This document shows positions 29,617 through 38,847 of a DNA stretch of 64,000 nt, piece by piece; positions within the stretch are counted from its first letter, which is position 1; each line of letters opens with the position of its first letter. The stretch covers positions 19,728 to 83,727 of the forward strand of contig CACHAQ010000002.1 in the NCBI GenBank assembly GCA_902577905.1, in the 5' to 3' direction. A program made the translations under genes and the position numbers. Origin of the DNA: an uncultured Alphaproteobacteria bacterium (lineage in GTDB: Bacteria; Pseudomonadota; Alphaproteobacteria; HIMB59; GCA-002718135). The notes under the pieces are model-generated. The model searched no databases and was not told the DNA's origin. It was given only the letters and a program-made list of their open reading frames with translations.

Positions 29617-30302
29617 TATCTGTGAGTTATTCTTACTATGAAGTCTACACTAATACACAACGAGCTTTTTCAGGATTAGGATTCACTTATGGATCAGATG
29701 AAGATGCTGCATTTATTACAACATGGCTTGAAGTATTTGGTTTGGATGGGATCAAATTATTAAAATTAAAAATTGAAGAATTAGATAACACTTTCAATGC
29801 CAGTATAGATCCATCAAAAATAAATGATGAGTTTGATTGTGAAAATAAATCTTTTTTGGTGATAGGCCCGGGATTGATTGATTATTTAGTATCAAAAATA
29901 GATAAAAGGGATGATTTTAAATTAACTTTTAAAAATTGTAGTGACCCCATATTCCTAATACCTTTGCTTTATAAGTATGCCAAAAAAAATATCTATTCAC
30001 AGTTTTTGTTAGATCAAAAAATTGATGTACAAATAACAAATGAAAATATTAGGGTTAATAGAGAAATTATCTCTACAAATTATCAAAGAAATTTTGATCT
30101 TTTACTCACAAAGAAAATTTTTAATGAACAAAAATTAGATATTAATATTTCATCATCAAATATAAATAATATGCTCTCTAAGGGTATTAATCCTGATAAA
30201 AAATCTTGGGATCAAATATCTAAAATAGCTTTTAGAACTTTTGTTCCTGAGTCAGAGGAATCTAGGGCAAAAGGTGCCGGAGGTGGTGATGCAAATGATT
30301 AA
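29586..30302 (+). CDS. Hypothetical protein, no recognised domain
   Basis: 238-aa ORF. The ATG at 29586 overlaps the upstream ORF by 31 nt. An alternative GTG at 29622, 5 nt after the upstream stop, is equally plausible. The C-terminus is Gly/acidic (RAKGAGGGDAND). Confidence 0.55.
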   Translation: MGFCNNEYILISVSYSYYEVYTNTQRAFSGLGFTYGSDEDAAFITTWLEVFGLDGIKLLKLKIEELDNTFNASIDPSKINDEFDCENKSFLVIGPGLIDYLVSKIDKRDDFKLTFKNCSDPIFLIPLLYKYAKKNIYSQFLLDQKIDVQITNENIRVNREIISTNYQRNFDLLLTKKIFNEQKLDINISSSNINNMLSKGINPDKKSWDQISKIAFRTFVPESEESRAKGAGGGDAND

Positions 30303-30320
30303 TTTACTATATGCAAATCG

Positions 30321-30340
30321 CTAATTACATTAGTAATTAG
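30321..30340 (+). terminator. Weak AT-rich hairpin in the only roomy convergent spacer
   Basis: ctaattac (30321-30328), loop atta, gtaattag (30333-30340), followed by tttat on the plus strand. The stem is entirely weak pairs apart from two G:C. Confidence 0.3.
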
Positions 30341-30376
30341 TTTATAAACAGTTTCCGTTACTCTAAGATAATCTAT

Positions 30377-30964
30377 CTATCTCTCTAATACTTCGTATCC
30401 AAACTGATCCGCTGTTTCAAGAAGGATCTCCCAAATTGATAAAGCAAAACCTCTTGGTATATATAGACAGTAGCTATTGGAAGTTATTTTAAATAGCTTA
30501 ACACTTACATGATGAATAGCTGTGCTAGCAGAAGATAAATCTGGAAAATTCCTAGCTCTTAAATCAATTGGAAGATGTCTATTTAAAAATAATGATGAAT
30601 TATCTCCTGTAATTTCAATACCTGTGAAAGCATGAGACATGTCTAAAATTGTTGCAATTTGCTCACTTATTTCAATTTCTTTATTAAATAGCCACCATTT
30701 CAAAGGTTCCATTCTCCATAATGATTTATTTTCAAAAATTATCCCTTTATTAAAACTAGGAATATTTTTAATTTTTAGTTCTTTTGATAGTAAATTATTC
30801 ATTTCATCAATTTTGTCAGGCCAACAAGCAATTTGCAAAATTTCTAAACTTTTTAATTCTTTAAATGTTAGGGATTGTTTCTCACTTGATGAATATTTTC
30901 CAACCTTATAAATTGTTTCTAGTGCAGAATGTCTATGCATACATTCGTTCTCCTTTAGGATCAA
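30377..30964 (-). CDS. soxG: Sarcosine oxidase gamma subunit
   Basis: 195 aa, last gene of the soxB-D-A-G order, with size and position typical. The real start may be the ATG at 30940 (MHRHSALE), giving an 8-nt overlap with soxA. Confidence 0.7.
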   Translation of the reverse strand: MILKENECMHRHSALETIYKVGKYSSSEKQSLTFKELKSLEILQIACWPDKIDEMNNLLSKELKIKNIPSFNKGIIFENKSLWRMEPLKWWLFNKEIEISEQIATILDMSHAFTGIEITGDNSSLFLNRHLPIDLRARNFPDLSSASTAIHHVSVKLFKITSNSYCLYIPRGFALSIWEILLETADQFGYEVLER

Positions 30965-33890
30965 TCATATGTGGTGAAACAACTTTTAAATCCATTTGTT
31001 TATTTCTCACAGGATCTGCCCCAACTAAATTGGTATCTTTCCATTTATCTAAACCACCCTTGACAAAACCTAATCCAATCCAATGTCCAAGTTCAGGAGA
31101 ATAAGTAACTGAAGTAATTCTTCCAATACCCTGTCCTTTAATATTATTTTTTTCACAGACAATAGTTCCAGCATTAAAAGTTTCCTTTAAGTTTGTAGGA
31201 AAGAAACCAACTAGAATTTCTCGATCATTATTTTTTAATACTCCTCGTTTTCTCATTGCACTTCCAATATATGATTTTTTTGTAGAAGCCATTTTGGTTA
31301 AACCTGCATCATCAATTGTTACCCTTCCATCAAGCTCAGCGGCTGTTACATGACCTTTTTCAACTCTAAGTGCGCCTAAAGCTTCTAATCCATATAAACA
31401 TCCATCATATTTTTTTGCATTTGCCCAAAGTAGGTCCATCATTGTATTAGCAAAATCTGATTTGACATAAACTTCAAAAGCTAATTCACCTGAAAAACTA
31501 ATTCTTGCAATTCTACAAGGAATATTACCTTTAAGAAATGTTGAAGTAACACCCATAAAAGGTAAGTTATTATTAGTTATAACTAAAGAATCATCGACAC
31601 AATTATTGAGAACTTCTCTAGATTTAGGTCCTGCAACTGAAACGCCTGCCCATTGTTCAGAAACACTAGTCACATTAACATTAAGATCTGTCCATCTAGT
31701 TTGAAGTAATTCTTCTAACCATGACATCACTTTTGCAGCTTCACCTGTAGACGTCGTCATAAAATATTCATTTTCTGCTAATCTCCAAGATGTGCCATCA
31801 TCCATTACAATACCGTCATCACGCAACATAATACCGTATCTAGCTTTTCCAACTTGTAGTTTTGAAAAACCATTCGAATAAATTCTATTTAAAAATTCGG
31901 TAGAGTCTGGTCCTTGAATAGCAATTTTGCCTAATGATGTTACATCACAAATTCCAACTGTTTTTCTTACTGTTGATGCTTCTCTTATATAAGAGTCACT
32001 TAAAGTTTCATTTTCTTTGGGATAATACCAAGGTCTTTGATACAATCCAACTTCAATCATTTTTGCACCATGATCAATATTCCATTGATGCATTGGCGTT
32101 ACTCTTAACGGCCTAAAATGTTTTCCAACATTTCTTCCGCTTAAGGCGCCTATAGATATAGGAGTATAAGGAGGTCTAAAAACAGTAGTTCCAACTTCTG
32201 GAATTTCTTTATTTAAAAGTTCAGCCATTAAAGATAATCCAATGATATTTCCCATTTTTCCTTGATCGTTTGCCATACCTAAAGTTGTGTATCTTTTAAG
32301 ATGCTCTACCGAAATGAAACCTTCTCGATGTGCGAGTCTTACGTCATCTGTTGTTACATCATGTTGATAATCTACAAAACTTTTTGATCTAGATTTTTTA
32401 TATTTTACTTCATAAAGTGGTTGTATGGGATTTTTCCATCCACCAGGTTTTGGGAAAAAATAATTTGTTTTAGAAATACCTAAACGGTTCAATGCATCAG
32501 TAGTTCCTGCTATTCCAGAAGCAATACAATCATTTTTATTCCATAAACCTCTAGAAGAACCTACCATTGTAATATTTTCATTTGTGTCACTTGGTAAAAA
32601 ACAAGCATTGTTATAATCCCATTTAGGCTTTACGCCTCTGTGAGATAACAAATGTACAGCAGGTGACCAGCCACCTGATAATAGAACCTGATCACAATTT
32701 ATAGTTTCAGATTTATTAATAGTTTCACTTTTTGATATATCTAAACTATCAATTTTTTTTGAACCATTAATATTATAAGGCACATACCCTTTTCTAATTT
32801 CAAAACTTTTATTTGTCTCAATTTCAAAATTAGTTCGTGAATCAAGAACAGTTACATTGGCCCCAGCTTCTGATAATTGATGCGCTGTTTCATAAACAGA
32901 GTCATTATTTGTAGCTATCACAATTCTTTTTCCGGTGAGTACACCATATCTATTCAAATAATGCTTTGATGCATTTACGGTCATTACACCAGGAATATCA
33001 TTATTATTAAATGCAATGTGTCTTTCAATTGCTCCAGCACCAACAATTATATGCTTTGCTCTAATGGTCCAAAATCTTTGGCGTGGAATGTTTACATTTG
33101 GTGCTGATATATGGTCTGTTACTCTCTCTAATAAACCAACAACGCAATTATCATATAATCCGAATGCAGTAGTTCTAGTCATTATTTTTATGCCTAGATT
33201 TTCAAGTTGATTTTTAATTTGTGAGTTATCAAAATCATTTTCTGCAAGTTGATTTCCTCCAATAAGACTATCTTGCTCAACTAAAATAACATCTAATTTT
33301 TTTTCTGCTGCCTCTACTGCAGCTGCAACACCAGCAGGTCCTGATCCTACAACAATTAAATCACAAAAATCATGAGCATGCTCATAAGTATCTGGATCAG
33401 GTAACCCAGAAGCACTTCCCATTCCCGCAGCTTTTCTTATAAACTTTTCAAAAAACATCCATATGGCTGTTCCTTTACCCCATTCAAGTGGAGGTATTCC
33501 CATAAAAGTTTTATAATAAAAACCAGCTGCAAAAAACCTGCCTAAGTAATTATTTATTCCAGCTAGATCGAAATTTACATTTGGAAATGCATTTTGACCA
33601 CTTGCTTCCAAACCATTATATAATTCTTGTGTTGTTGCTCTTACATTTGGATCTCTTCTATCTTTTGAACCAATAGTAACTAAAGCACCGGATTCCTCGA
33701 CTCCACTAGAAAATATTCCCCTTGGTCTATGATATTTAAAACTTCTACCAACTATACCAATATTATTTGCAAGTAATGCTGATGCTAGAGTATCTCCTTC
33801 AAAACCTTTGTAATTTTTTTTATCCCACCTAAAGGATAAAATTTTATCTCTATTAATTTTTCCATAGTTATCTATTCTTCTTGTCTTCAT
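30933..33890 (-). CDS. soxA: Sarcosine oxidase alpha subunit
   Basis: 985 aa with an N-terminal 2Fe-2S-like/FAD-NAD region (VVGSGPAGVAAA) and a C-terminal GcvT-like folate-binding domain. It is flanked by delta and gamma subunit genes. Confidence 0.9.
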   Translation of the reverse strand: MKTRRIDNYGKINRDKILSFRWDKKNYKGFEGDTLASALLANNIGIVGRSFKYHRPRGIFSSGVEESGALVTIGSKDRRDPNVRATTQELYNGLEASGQNAFPNVNFDLAGINNYLGRFFAAGFYYKTFMGIPPLEWGKGTAIWMFFEKFIRKAAGMGSASGLPDPDTYEHAHDFCDLIVVGSGPAGVAAAVEAAEKKLDVILVEQDSLIGGNQLAENDFDNSQIKNQLENLGIKIMTRTTAFGLYDNCVVGLLERVTDHISAPNVNIPRQRFWTIRAKHIIVGAGAIERHIAFNNNDIPGVMTVNASKHYLNRYGVLTGKRIVIATNNDSVYETAHQLSEAGANVTVLDSRTNFEIETNKSFEIRKGYVPYNINGSKKIDSLDISKSETINKSETINCDQVLLSGGWSPAVHLLSHRGVKPKWDYNNACFLPSDTNENITMVGSSRGLWNKNDCIASGIAGTTDALNRLGISKTNYFFPKPGGWKNPIQPLYEVKYKKSRSKSFVDYQHDVTTDDVRLAHREGFISVEHLKRYTTLGMANDQGKMGNIIGLSLMAELLNKEIPEVGTTVFRPPYTPISIGALSGRNVGKHFRPLRVTPMHQWNIDHGAKMIEVGLYQRPWYYPKENETLSDSYIREASTVRKTVGICDVTSLGKIAIQGPDSTEFLNRIYSNGFSKLQVGKARYGIMLRDDGIVMDDGTSWRLAENEYFMTTSTGEAAKVMSWLEELLQTRWTDLNVNVTSVSEQWAGVSVAGPKSREVLNNCVDDSLVITNNNLPFMGVTSTFLKGNIPCRIARISFSGELAFEVYVKSDFANTMMDLLWANAKKYDGCLYGLEALGALRVEKGHVTAAELDGRVTIDDAGLTKMASTKKSYIGSAMRKRGVLKNNDREILVGFFPTNLKETFNAGTIVCEKNNIKGQGIGRITSVTYSPELGHWIGLGFVKGGLDKWKDTNLVGADPVRNKQMDLKVVSPHMIDPKGERMYA

Positions 33891-34171
33891 TTATTATTTT
33901 CTACAACCCTCTGTAAATCCGGATGGCATGGTTTGACACTTTTTATTTCATGAGTGACAGTAGAACGTTCAACTACCAACCACATTCTACATCCATTAGA
34001 ATGATGCCATGTTTCAAATTGAAAACCTTTTATATTTTTTCTGAAAAATATAGCTTCAGTCCATTCTTTCTCTGATGCATCTAACGAAGGATAATTGATT
34101 GTTGCATCTCCTCCATAACTAAATTCACTATGATCTCTTTCACCACAATAAGGACAATTGATTCTAATCAT
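33887..34171 (-). CDS. soxD: Sarcosine oxidase delta subunit
   Basis: 94 aa starting MIRINCPYCGERDHSEFSYGGDA, the typical SoxD Zn-ribbon start. It overlaps soxA by 4 nt. Confidence 0.9.
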   Translation of the reverse strand: MIRINCPYCGERDHSEFSYGGDATINYPSLDASEKEWTEAIFFRKNIKGFQFETWHHSNGCRMWLVVERSTVTHEIKSVKPCHPDLQRVVENNK

Positions 34172-35437
34172 TTAACCGTGCAATTTTGGATCAGGTCCTG
34201 CGCCACGTTCATCAATATTAATACCTTTTTCAAATCTTTCTAAATTATGATTTTGCACGTAGTTATGCGGGCTTTCATTTGCAATTAAGTCGGCAAAATA
34301 CCAACCTGATGCAGGACTAGCTTTGAAACCACCATAGTTCCAACCAGCATTTAAATAGAGATTAGATATTGGCGTTTTACAAATAAAAAATGATCCGTCC
34401 ATTGTCATGTCCATAACACCTGCCCAATGACGAAGTAATCTTATTCTTCCAAGTGAAGGAAATATTGCCATGGCCGCTTCGGCAACATCTTGAACCATAG
34501 GAAGGTTTCCTCTTTGAGCATATGATTTATACCAGTCAAGATCACCACCAAAAACCATGCTTCCTTTATCTGACTGCGATATATAGAAATGCGCACCACC
34601 TACACCATAAACAACAACTTGGTCTAGAAGTGGTTTAACAGCCTCAGATACAAATGCTTGTAGTTTATGGGATTCAATTGGCAGGTTGCCTAATTCTGCC
34701 ATTTGCCATAATACTGAAGTATTGCCTGCAACAGCAAATCCTATTTTCTTTCCTTTTATAATTCCTCTTGAAGTTTCAATACTTTCAATATTTCCATTCT
34801 TTCTTGTAAAACCTGTAACTTCACAATTTTGAAGAATGTCTACACCTAATGTATCTGCAGCCCTTGCATAACCCCATGCGACTGCATCGTGTCTTGCATT
34901 GCCTGCTCTTTTTTGAACTGCAGCTCCAAGTATTGGAAATCTTGAATTATGATAATTTAAATGCGGAATATTTTTCTTTAAAGTTTTTAAATCCCAAAGT
35001 TCTGCATCAGTTCCGTGGAGTCGCATAATATTATAAATCCGTGAAACTGAATCTTTAGCACCAGGACTATGAAATAACGAAACATGAGCTCGTTGGCTAA
35101 ACATTACATTATAATTTAATTCGTGACTTAAATTTTCCCATAACTTTAAAGAATGTTCATAAAATTCGTGGTTGCCTGGCATCATATAATTTGATCTTAC
35201 AATAGTTGTATTACGTCCAGCGTTTCCTCCACCAATCCAGCCTTTTTCTAAGACAGCTACATTTTTTATATTATGATTCTTTGCTAAATAATATGCCGTG
35301 GCAAGACCGTGTAAACCACCCCCAATTATTACAACATCATAACTACTTTTTGGTTCTGGATCACGCCATTGTCTAGTCCAATAAGACTGACCATTTAAAC
35401 CGTTTTTAATTACATTCCAGGCATTAAATTTTGTCAT
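34172..35437 (-). CDS. soxB: Sarcosine oxidase beta subunit
   Basis: 421 aa with FAD fold VVIIGGGLHGLATAYYLA. It directly abuts soxD. Confidence 0.9.
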   Translation of the reverse strand: MTKFNAWNVIKNGLNGQSYWTRQWRDPEPKSSYDVVIIGGGLHGLATAYYLAKNHNIKNVAVLEKGWIGGGNAGRNTTIVRSNYMMPGNHEFYEHSLKLWENLSHELNYNVMFSQRAHVSLFHSPGAKDSVSRIYNIMRLHGTDAELWDLKTLKKNIPHLNYHNSRFPILGAAVQKRAGNARHDAVAWGYARAADTLGVDILQNCEVTGFTRKNGNIESIETSRGIIKGKKIGFAVAGNTSVLWQMAELGNLPIESHKLQAFVSEAVKPLLDQVVVYGVGGAHFYISQSDKGSMVFGGDLDWYKSYAQRGNLPMVQDVAEAAMAIFPSLGRIRLLRHWAGVMDMTMDGSFFICKTPISNLYLNAGWNYGGFKASPASGWYFADLIANESPHNYVQNHNLERFEKGINIDERGAGPDPKLHG

Positions 35438-35513
35438 TTGTTTTATTAATTATTAGAATAGTTGATGAAAGTAAAATGAATTAACTTGCCATGCTAGTGT
35501 TATTTAATCACAG

Positions 35514-36539
35514 TTAACTTGATGAATCTGGCCATGTGTCATTTAATCTATAACCTTCTGGAAAAGGATCATCCTTATCGATATATAAACTTTGTTTTCC
35601 AGTAATAAATGCACTACCTGTTATTTTTGGAATAATACAATTTTTGTTATTAATTTTAATTTCCTTTTCAATACTTGCTTTAAATGAAGATCCTATAATA
35701 GACTTTGATATAAATTCTTCATTTATTTGTATTTCATCTTTTTCTTTCATTACTGCTAATCTTGCTGAAGTGCCTGTACCACAGGGTGAACGATCAAGTT
35801 TCCCAGGTCGTATAACAACTGTATTTAAACCTGTAAGTAATGATTGATTATTTTTTTTTAAGGGTTCAATAAATTGACAAAAGGAAAGATAGTCTAATCC
35901 TTTAATAGTAGGATGTTCAAATCCTATAGATGCGTTTGCTTCTTTCAATAATTCTTTAGCAACATTTACAAATTTGTTTGCATTCTTTGGTTCAATTTTA
36001 AGATTAAAATCACTAGCATTACAAATTAAAAAACTGTCACCTCCAAAAGCAGTACTTACTTTAATTGTACCATAATTTTTAGTCTTTAAATCTACATCTA
36101 TTTTATCTGCAAAGCAGGCAAGATTAGTTAAAGTGACACTTTTAACTTTCTTATTTTCACAATCAGCAACAACTTTTATTAAACCACCGGGAGCTTCGAG
36201 TGTAAGCATGGTTTTAGGATATTTCATTTGAACAATATTTTTTTCTAATAAGACTGTCGTTACACAAATTGCATTTGATCCACTCATTGGAGGATTATCT
36301 TCTGGTTCCATGATTACAAATCCAGCATCTGCATTTTTATTTGAAGGTTCTAAAATAATATTAAAATGTTTAAAGACCCCTCCCCGAGGTTCATTTAAAA
36401 AAAAATTTCTCCATTTTTTATCTAAAAAAAGTTTTTTAGAAGCTTCCTCAGGTGAATTAAACTTCAAGCCTTTAATTCCAGTTACGACATCCCCAATTTC
36501 ACCACAGCAATGTGTGTTAAATAATGTGATTTCATCCAT
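35514..36539 (-). CDS. Proline racemase/4-hydroxyproline epimerase superfamily protein with a Ser/Cys catalytic pair
   Basis: 341 aa with EPRGG and DRSPCGTGTSA motifs. The first catalytic-Cys position (MCGH block) reads MSGSN, with Ser86 encoded by AGT at 36282-36284. Confidence 0.8.
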   Translation of the reverse strand: MDEITLFNTHCCGEIGDVVTGIKGLKFNSPEEASKKLFLDKKWRNFFLNEPRGGVFKHFNIILEPSNKNADAGFVIMEPEDNPPMSGSNAICVTTVLLEKNIVQMKYPKTMLTLEAPGGLIKVVADCENKKVKSVTLTNLACFADKIDVDLKTKNYGTIKVSTAFGGDSFLICNASDFNLKIEPKNANKFVNVAKELLKEANASIGFEHPTIKGLDYLSFCQFIEPLKKNNQSLLTGLNTVVIRPGKLDRSPCGTGTSARLAVMKEKDEIQINEEFISKSIIGSSFKASIEKEIKINNKNCIIPKITGSAFITGKQSLYIDKDDPFPEGYRLNDTWPDSSS

Positions 36540-37689
36540 GTGGAATTATTAGGTCATCAATATTTTTAGAATGATGTGTAATTTGTTCGTATCCATCTTT
36601 TGTTATAATAAAACTATCACCAACTTGTGATCTAAAATTATTTGCACTTGCCCCGCCATCAACGGCAAATACCATTCCAGGCTCCAGTACTGTTTTATTA
36701 CCAACTACTAATTGTGGTTCCTCTAAAAAGCTAAAGCCTGTACCTCTTCCACATCGAAATGTAGGATAAGGGTATCCCTCAGACTGTATAGTATCTGCAT
36801 AAGCAGCATGAACTTCTTCAGCTGTTACTCCAGGGCCAAGAATTTCAAGAGCAGCTTTTTGAGATTTAACCGCAGTCTCAAAAGCTTTTATTTGTTCATC
36901 GGATTGAATTTCTTCAACCCAAAATATTCTGTCAAAACCTAATTTAAACCTATGGAAATTTGTAGAACCACAATAACATACGAATACGGGATCACCTTTT
37001 TTTATAATTTTGGTTGAAGCGCGATGGTGAGTTTTAGGTAAATCATGACCCGATGTCATAACAGGTAAAAAGTGAATATTTGGAGACATATTGATATTAT
37101 CAGGATAAAATTCTTTTAATAGATCTGCAGCTTTTCTTGTTCCAGCTTGTGATTGTGCAAGTGCAACCTCATACTCAGGAACATTATGGCCAATTGTTTT
37201 TTTTGCCGCCTCCATCATAGCCATACCAACTTCGCCAGCATGACGAGCTATATTCAATTCATGATTAGATTTAATCATTCTTATATTATCTATTAATTTG
37301 GTTAAATCCCCAGGATGGTCTTGAAGTAATTCGTCTAAATAACTCTTAACCATTGGGTTAATTTTAAATTTTTCAATAAAAATATTTTTATGTTGATTGG
37401 TGATTTGAGGTAATAATTCTCTCCATTCATTTCCAATACCATCATTCCATGTTTCAACCATATCTACAGGACAAGATTCTGGTACTAATAAAACATCAAG
37501 AAGAGGTGTAATTAAATAAGTTTTATGATCATTTGAAACAACTAATAATGTTGGACGATAAAAATCCATATGAAGGAAGTCATGATATCCTGTGAAATAA
37601 TATATCGAGTCATCATCAGTTATAATTGAGAGATCAATATTGTTCTCAGACATTTTTTTCTTTAGTTTATTTAAGTTTTCAGAAAACAT
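36532..37689 (-). CDS. M24-fold hydrolase with creatinase/prolidase N-terminal domain (creatinase- or ectoine-hydrolase-like)
   Basis: 385 aa with creatinase_N plus pita-bread fold. By eye, several canonical M24 metal ligands are substituted (VCYCG, CGRGTG, AVDGG). Confidence 0.7.
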   Translation of the reverse strand: MFSENLNKLKKKMSENNIDLSIITDDDSIYYFTGYHDFLHMDFYRPTLLVVSNDHKTYLITPLLDVLLVPESCPVDMVETWNDGIGNEWRELLPQITNQHKNIFIEKFKINPMVKSYLDELLQDHPGDLTKLIDNIRMIKSNHELNIARHAGEVGMAMMEAAKKTIGHNVPEYEVALAQSQAGTRKAADLLKEFYPDNINMSPNIHFLPVMTSGHDLPKTHHRASTKIIKKGDPVFVCYCGSTNFHRFKLGFDRIFWVEEIQSDEQIKAFETAVKSQKAALEILGPGVTAEEVHAAYADTIQSEGYPYPTFRCGRGTGFSFLEEPQLVVGNKTVLEPGMVFAVDGGASANNFRSQVGDSFIITKDGYEQITHHSKNIDDLIIPHG

Positions 37690-38844
37690 TTATTTTAATT
37701 GTTGTTCTACCAATTCAGTCCAATATGAAGAACCTATGACTAATAATTCGTCATTAAAATCATAATTATCAGCATGTAAAGGTCTGGAATGCTGCTCTGA
37801 TGTTCCGTTACCCATTAAAACAAAGCAGCCAGGTTTTTCATTTGCCATAACAGAAAAATCTTCTGAGAATAAACGTGGTTCTATATTACCATTACATTTA
37901 TCACTACCAAGTAAAGAAACTGCAGCTTTTGTTGCAGACTCAGTTTGATTTTTTGAATTAAAAGTTACAGGACAGGCTGTTTCATATTTAACACTACCAT
38001 TAACACCATGTGCATTGCAAATCCCTTCGACAATTTGTAACATTTTTGAAGCAATTTTTTCATTTGTTTCTTTCGATAAAGCTCTCGCGTCACCAGTCAT
38101 TTTTACCATACCTGGCAGAACATTTTTTTTACCATCGGTTATAAATTCGGTAATAGACACTATACCATTGTCTGCTGGATTTAATTTCCTAGACACTATC
38201 GATTGAAGTGCAACAGCTATTTGAGAACCAACAGTTATTGCATCTACCCCCATATGAGGTAACGCAGCATGCCCACCTTTAGTTTTTATTTCAATTTCAA
38301 ATAAATTTTCGCTGGCTGTAATAGCTCCATTTCTTGTACCAAATGTTCCAATTTCCATGTTAGGAATATTGTGCATAGCGTAAACTTCATCAATGTTAAA
38401 TTTATCAAACAATCCTTCATCTATCATTGTTCTTGCACCGAATGTATTCTCTTCATCAGGTTGAAAAATAAAATATACCGTACCGTTAAAGTTACCTTTT
38501 TCTGATAAATATTTTGCTGCACCTAATAACATTGTTGTGTGACCGTCATGTCCACATGCATGCATTCTGTTATCAAACTTGGACTTATAACTAAACTTAT
38601 TAGTTTCATGTATAGGAAGAGCATCCATGTCAGCTCTTATACCAATTGATTTTGAACTATTTCCTTTTTTTAAAATTCCAACTACTCCAGTTCTGGCAAT
38701 ACCAGAATGAACTTCTATTCCAAACTCTTTTAGAAGTGTTGATACTTTTTCTGCAGCATACTCTTCTTCAAAACTTAATTGTGGGTGCATATGAAGATCA
38801 TGACGCCATTCTACTAATTGGTTATGTAATGACTGAGTTTTCAT
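37690..38844 (-). CDS. M20-family N-acyl-L-amino-acid amidohydrolase (HipO/Ama-like)
   Basis: 384 aa with MHACGHDGH and FQPDEE motifs of the M20D subfamily. Confidence 0.8.
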   Translation of the reverse strand: MKTQSLHNQLVEWRHDLHMHPQLSFEEEYAAEKVSTLLKEFGIEVHSGIARTGVVGILKKGNSSKSIGIRADMDALPIHETNKFSYKSKFDNRMHACGHDGHTTMLLGAAKYLSEKGNFNGTVYFIFQPDEENTFGARTMIDEGLFDKFNIDEVYAMHNIPNMEIGTFGTRNGAITASENLFEIEIKTKGGHAALPHMGVDAITVGSQIAVALQSIVSRKLNPADNGIVSITEFITDGKKNVLPGMVKMTGDARALSKETNEKIASKMLQIVEGICNAHGVNGSVKYETACPVTFNSKNQTESATKAAVSLLGSDKCNGNIEPRLFSEDFSVMANEKPGCFVLMGNGTSEQHSRPLHADNYDFNDELLVIGSSYWTELVEQQLK

Positions 38845-38847
38845 AAC

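Noticed and set aside
35438-35513. A possible glycine or other riboswitch upstream of soxB. I also considered a fluoride riboswitch before crcB and an Mg-box before mgtE.
   Set aside because: The spacers are 76 nt, 5 nt and 6 nt and almost entirely A/T. None can hold the conserved GC-rich cores of these riboswitch classes.
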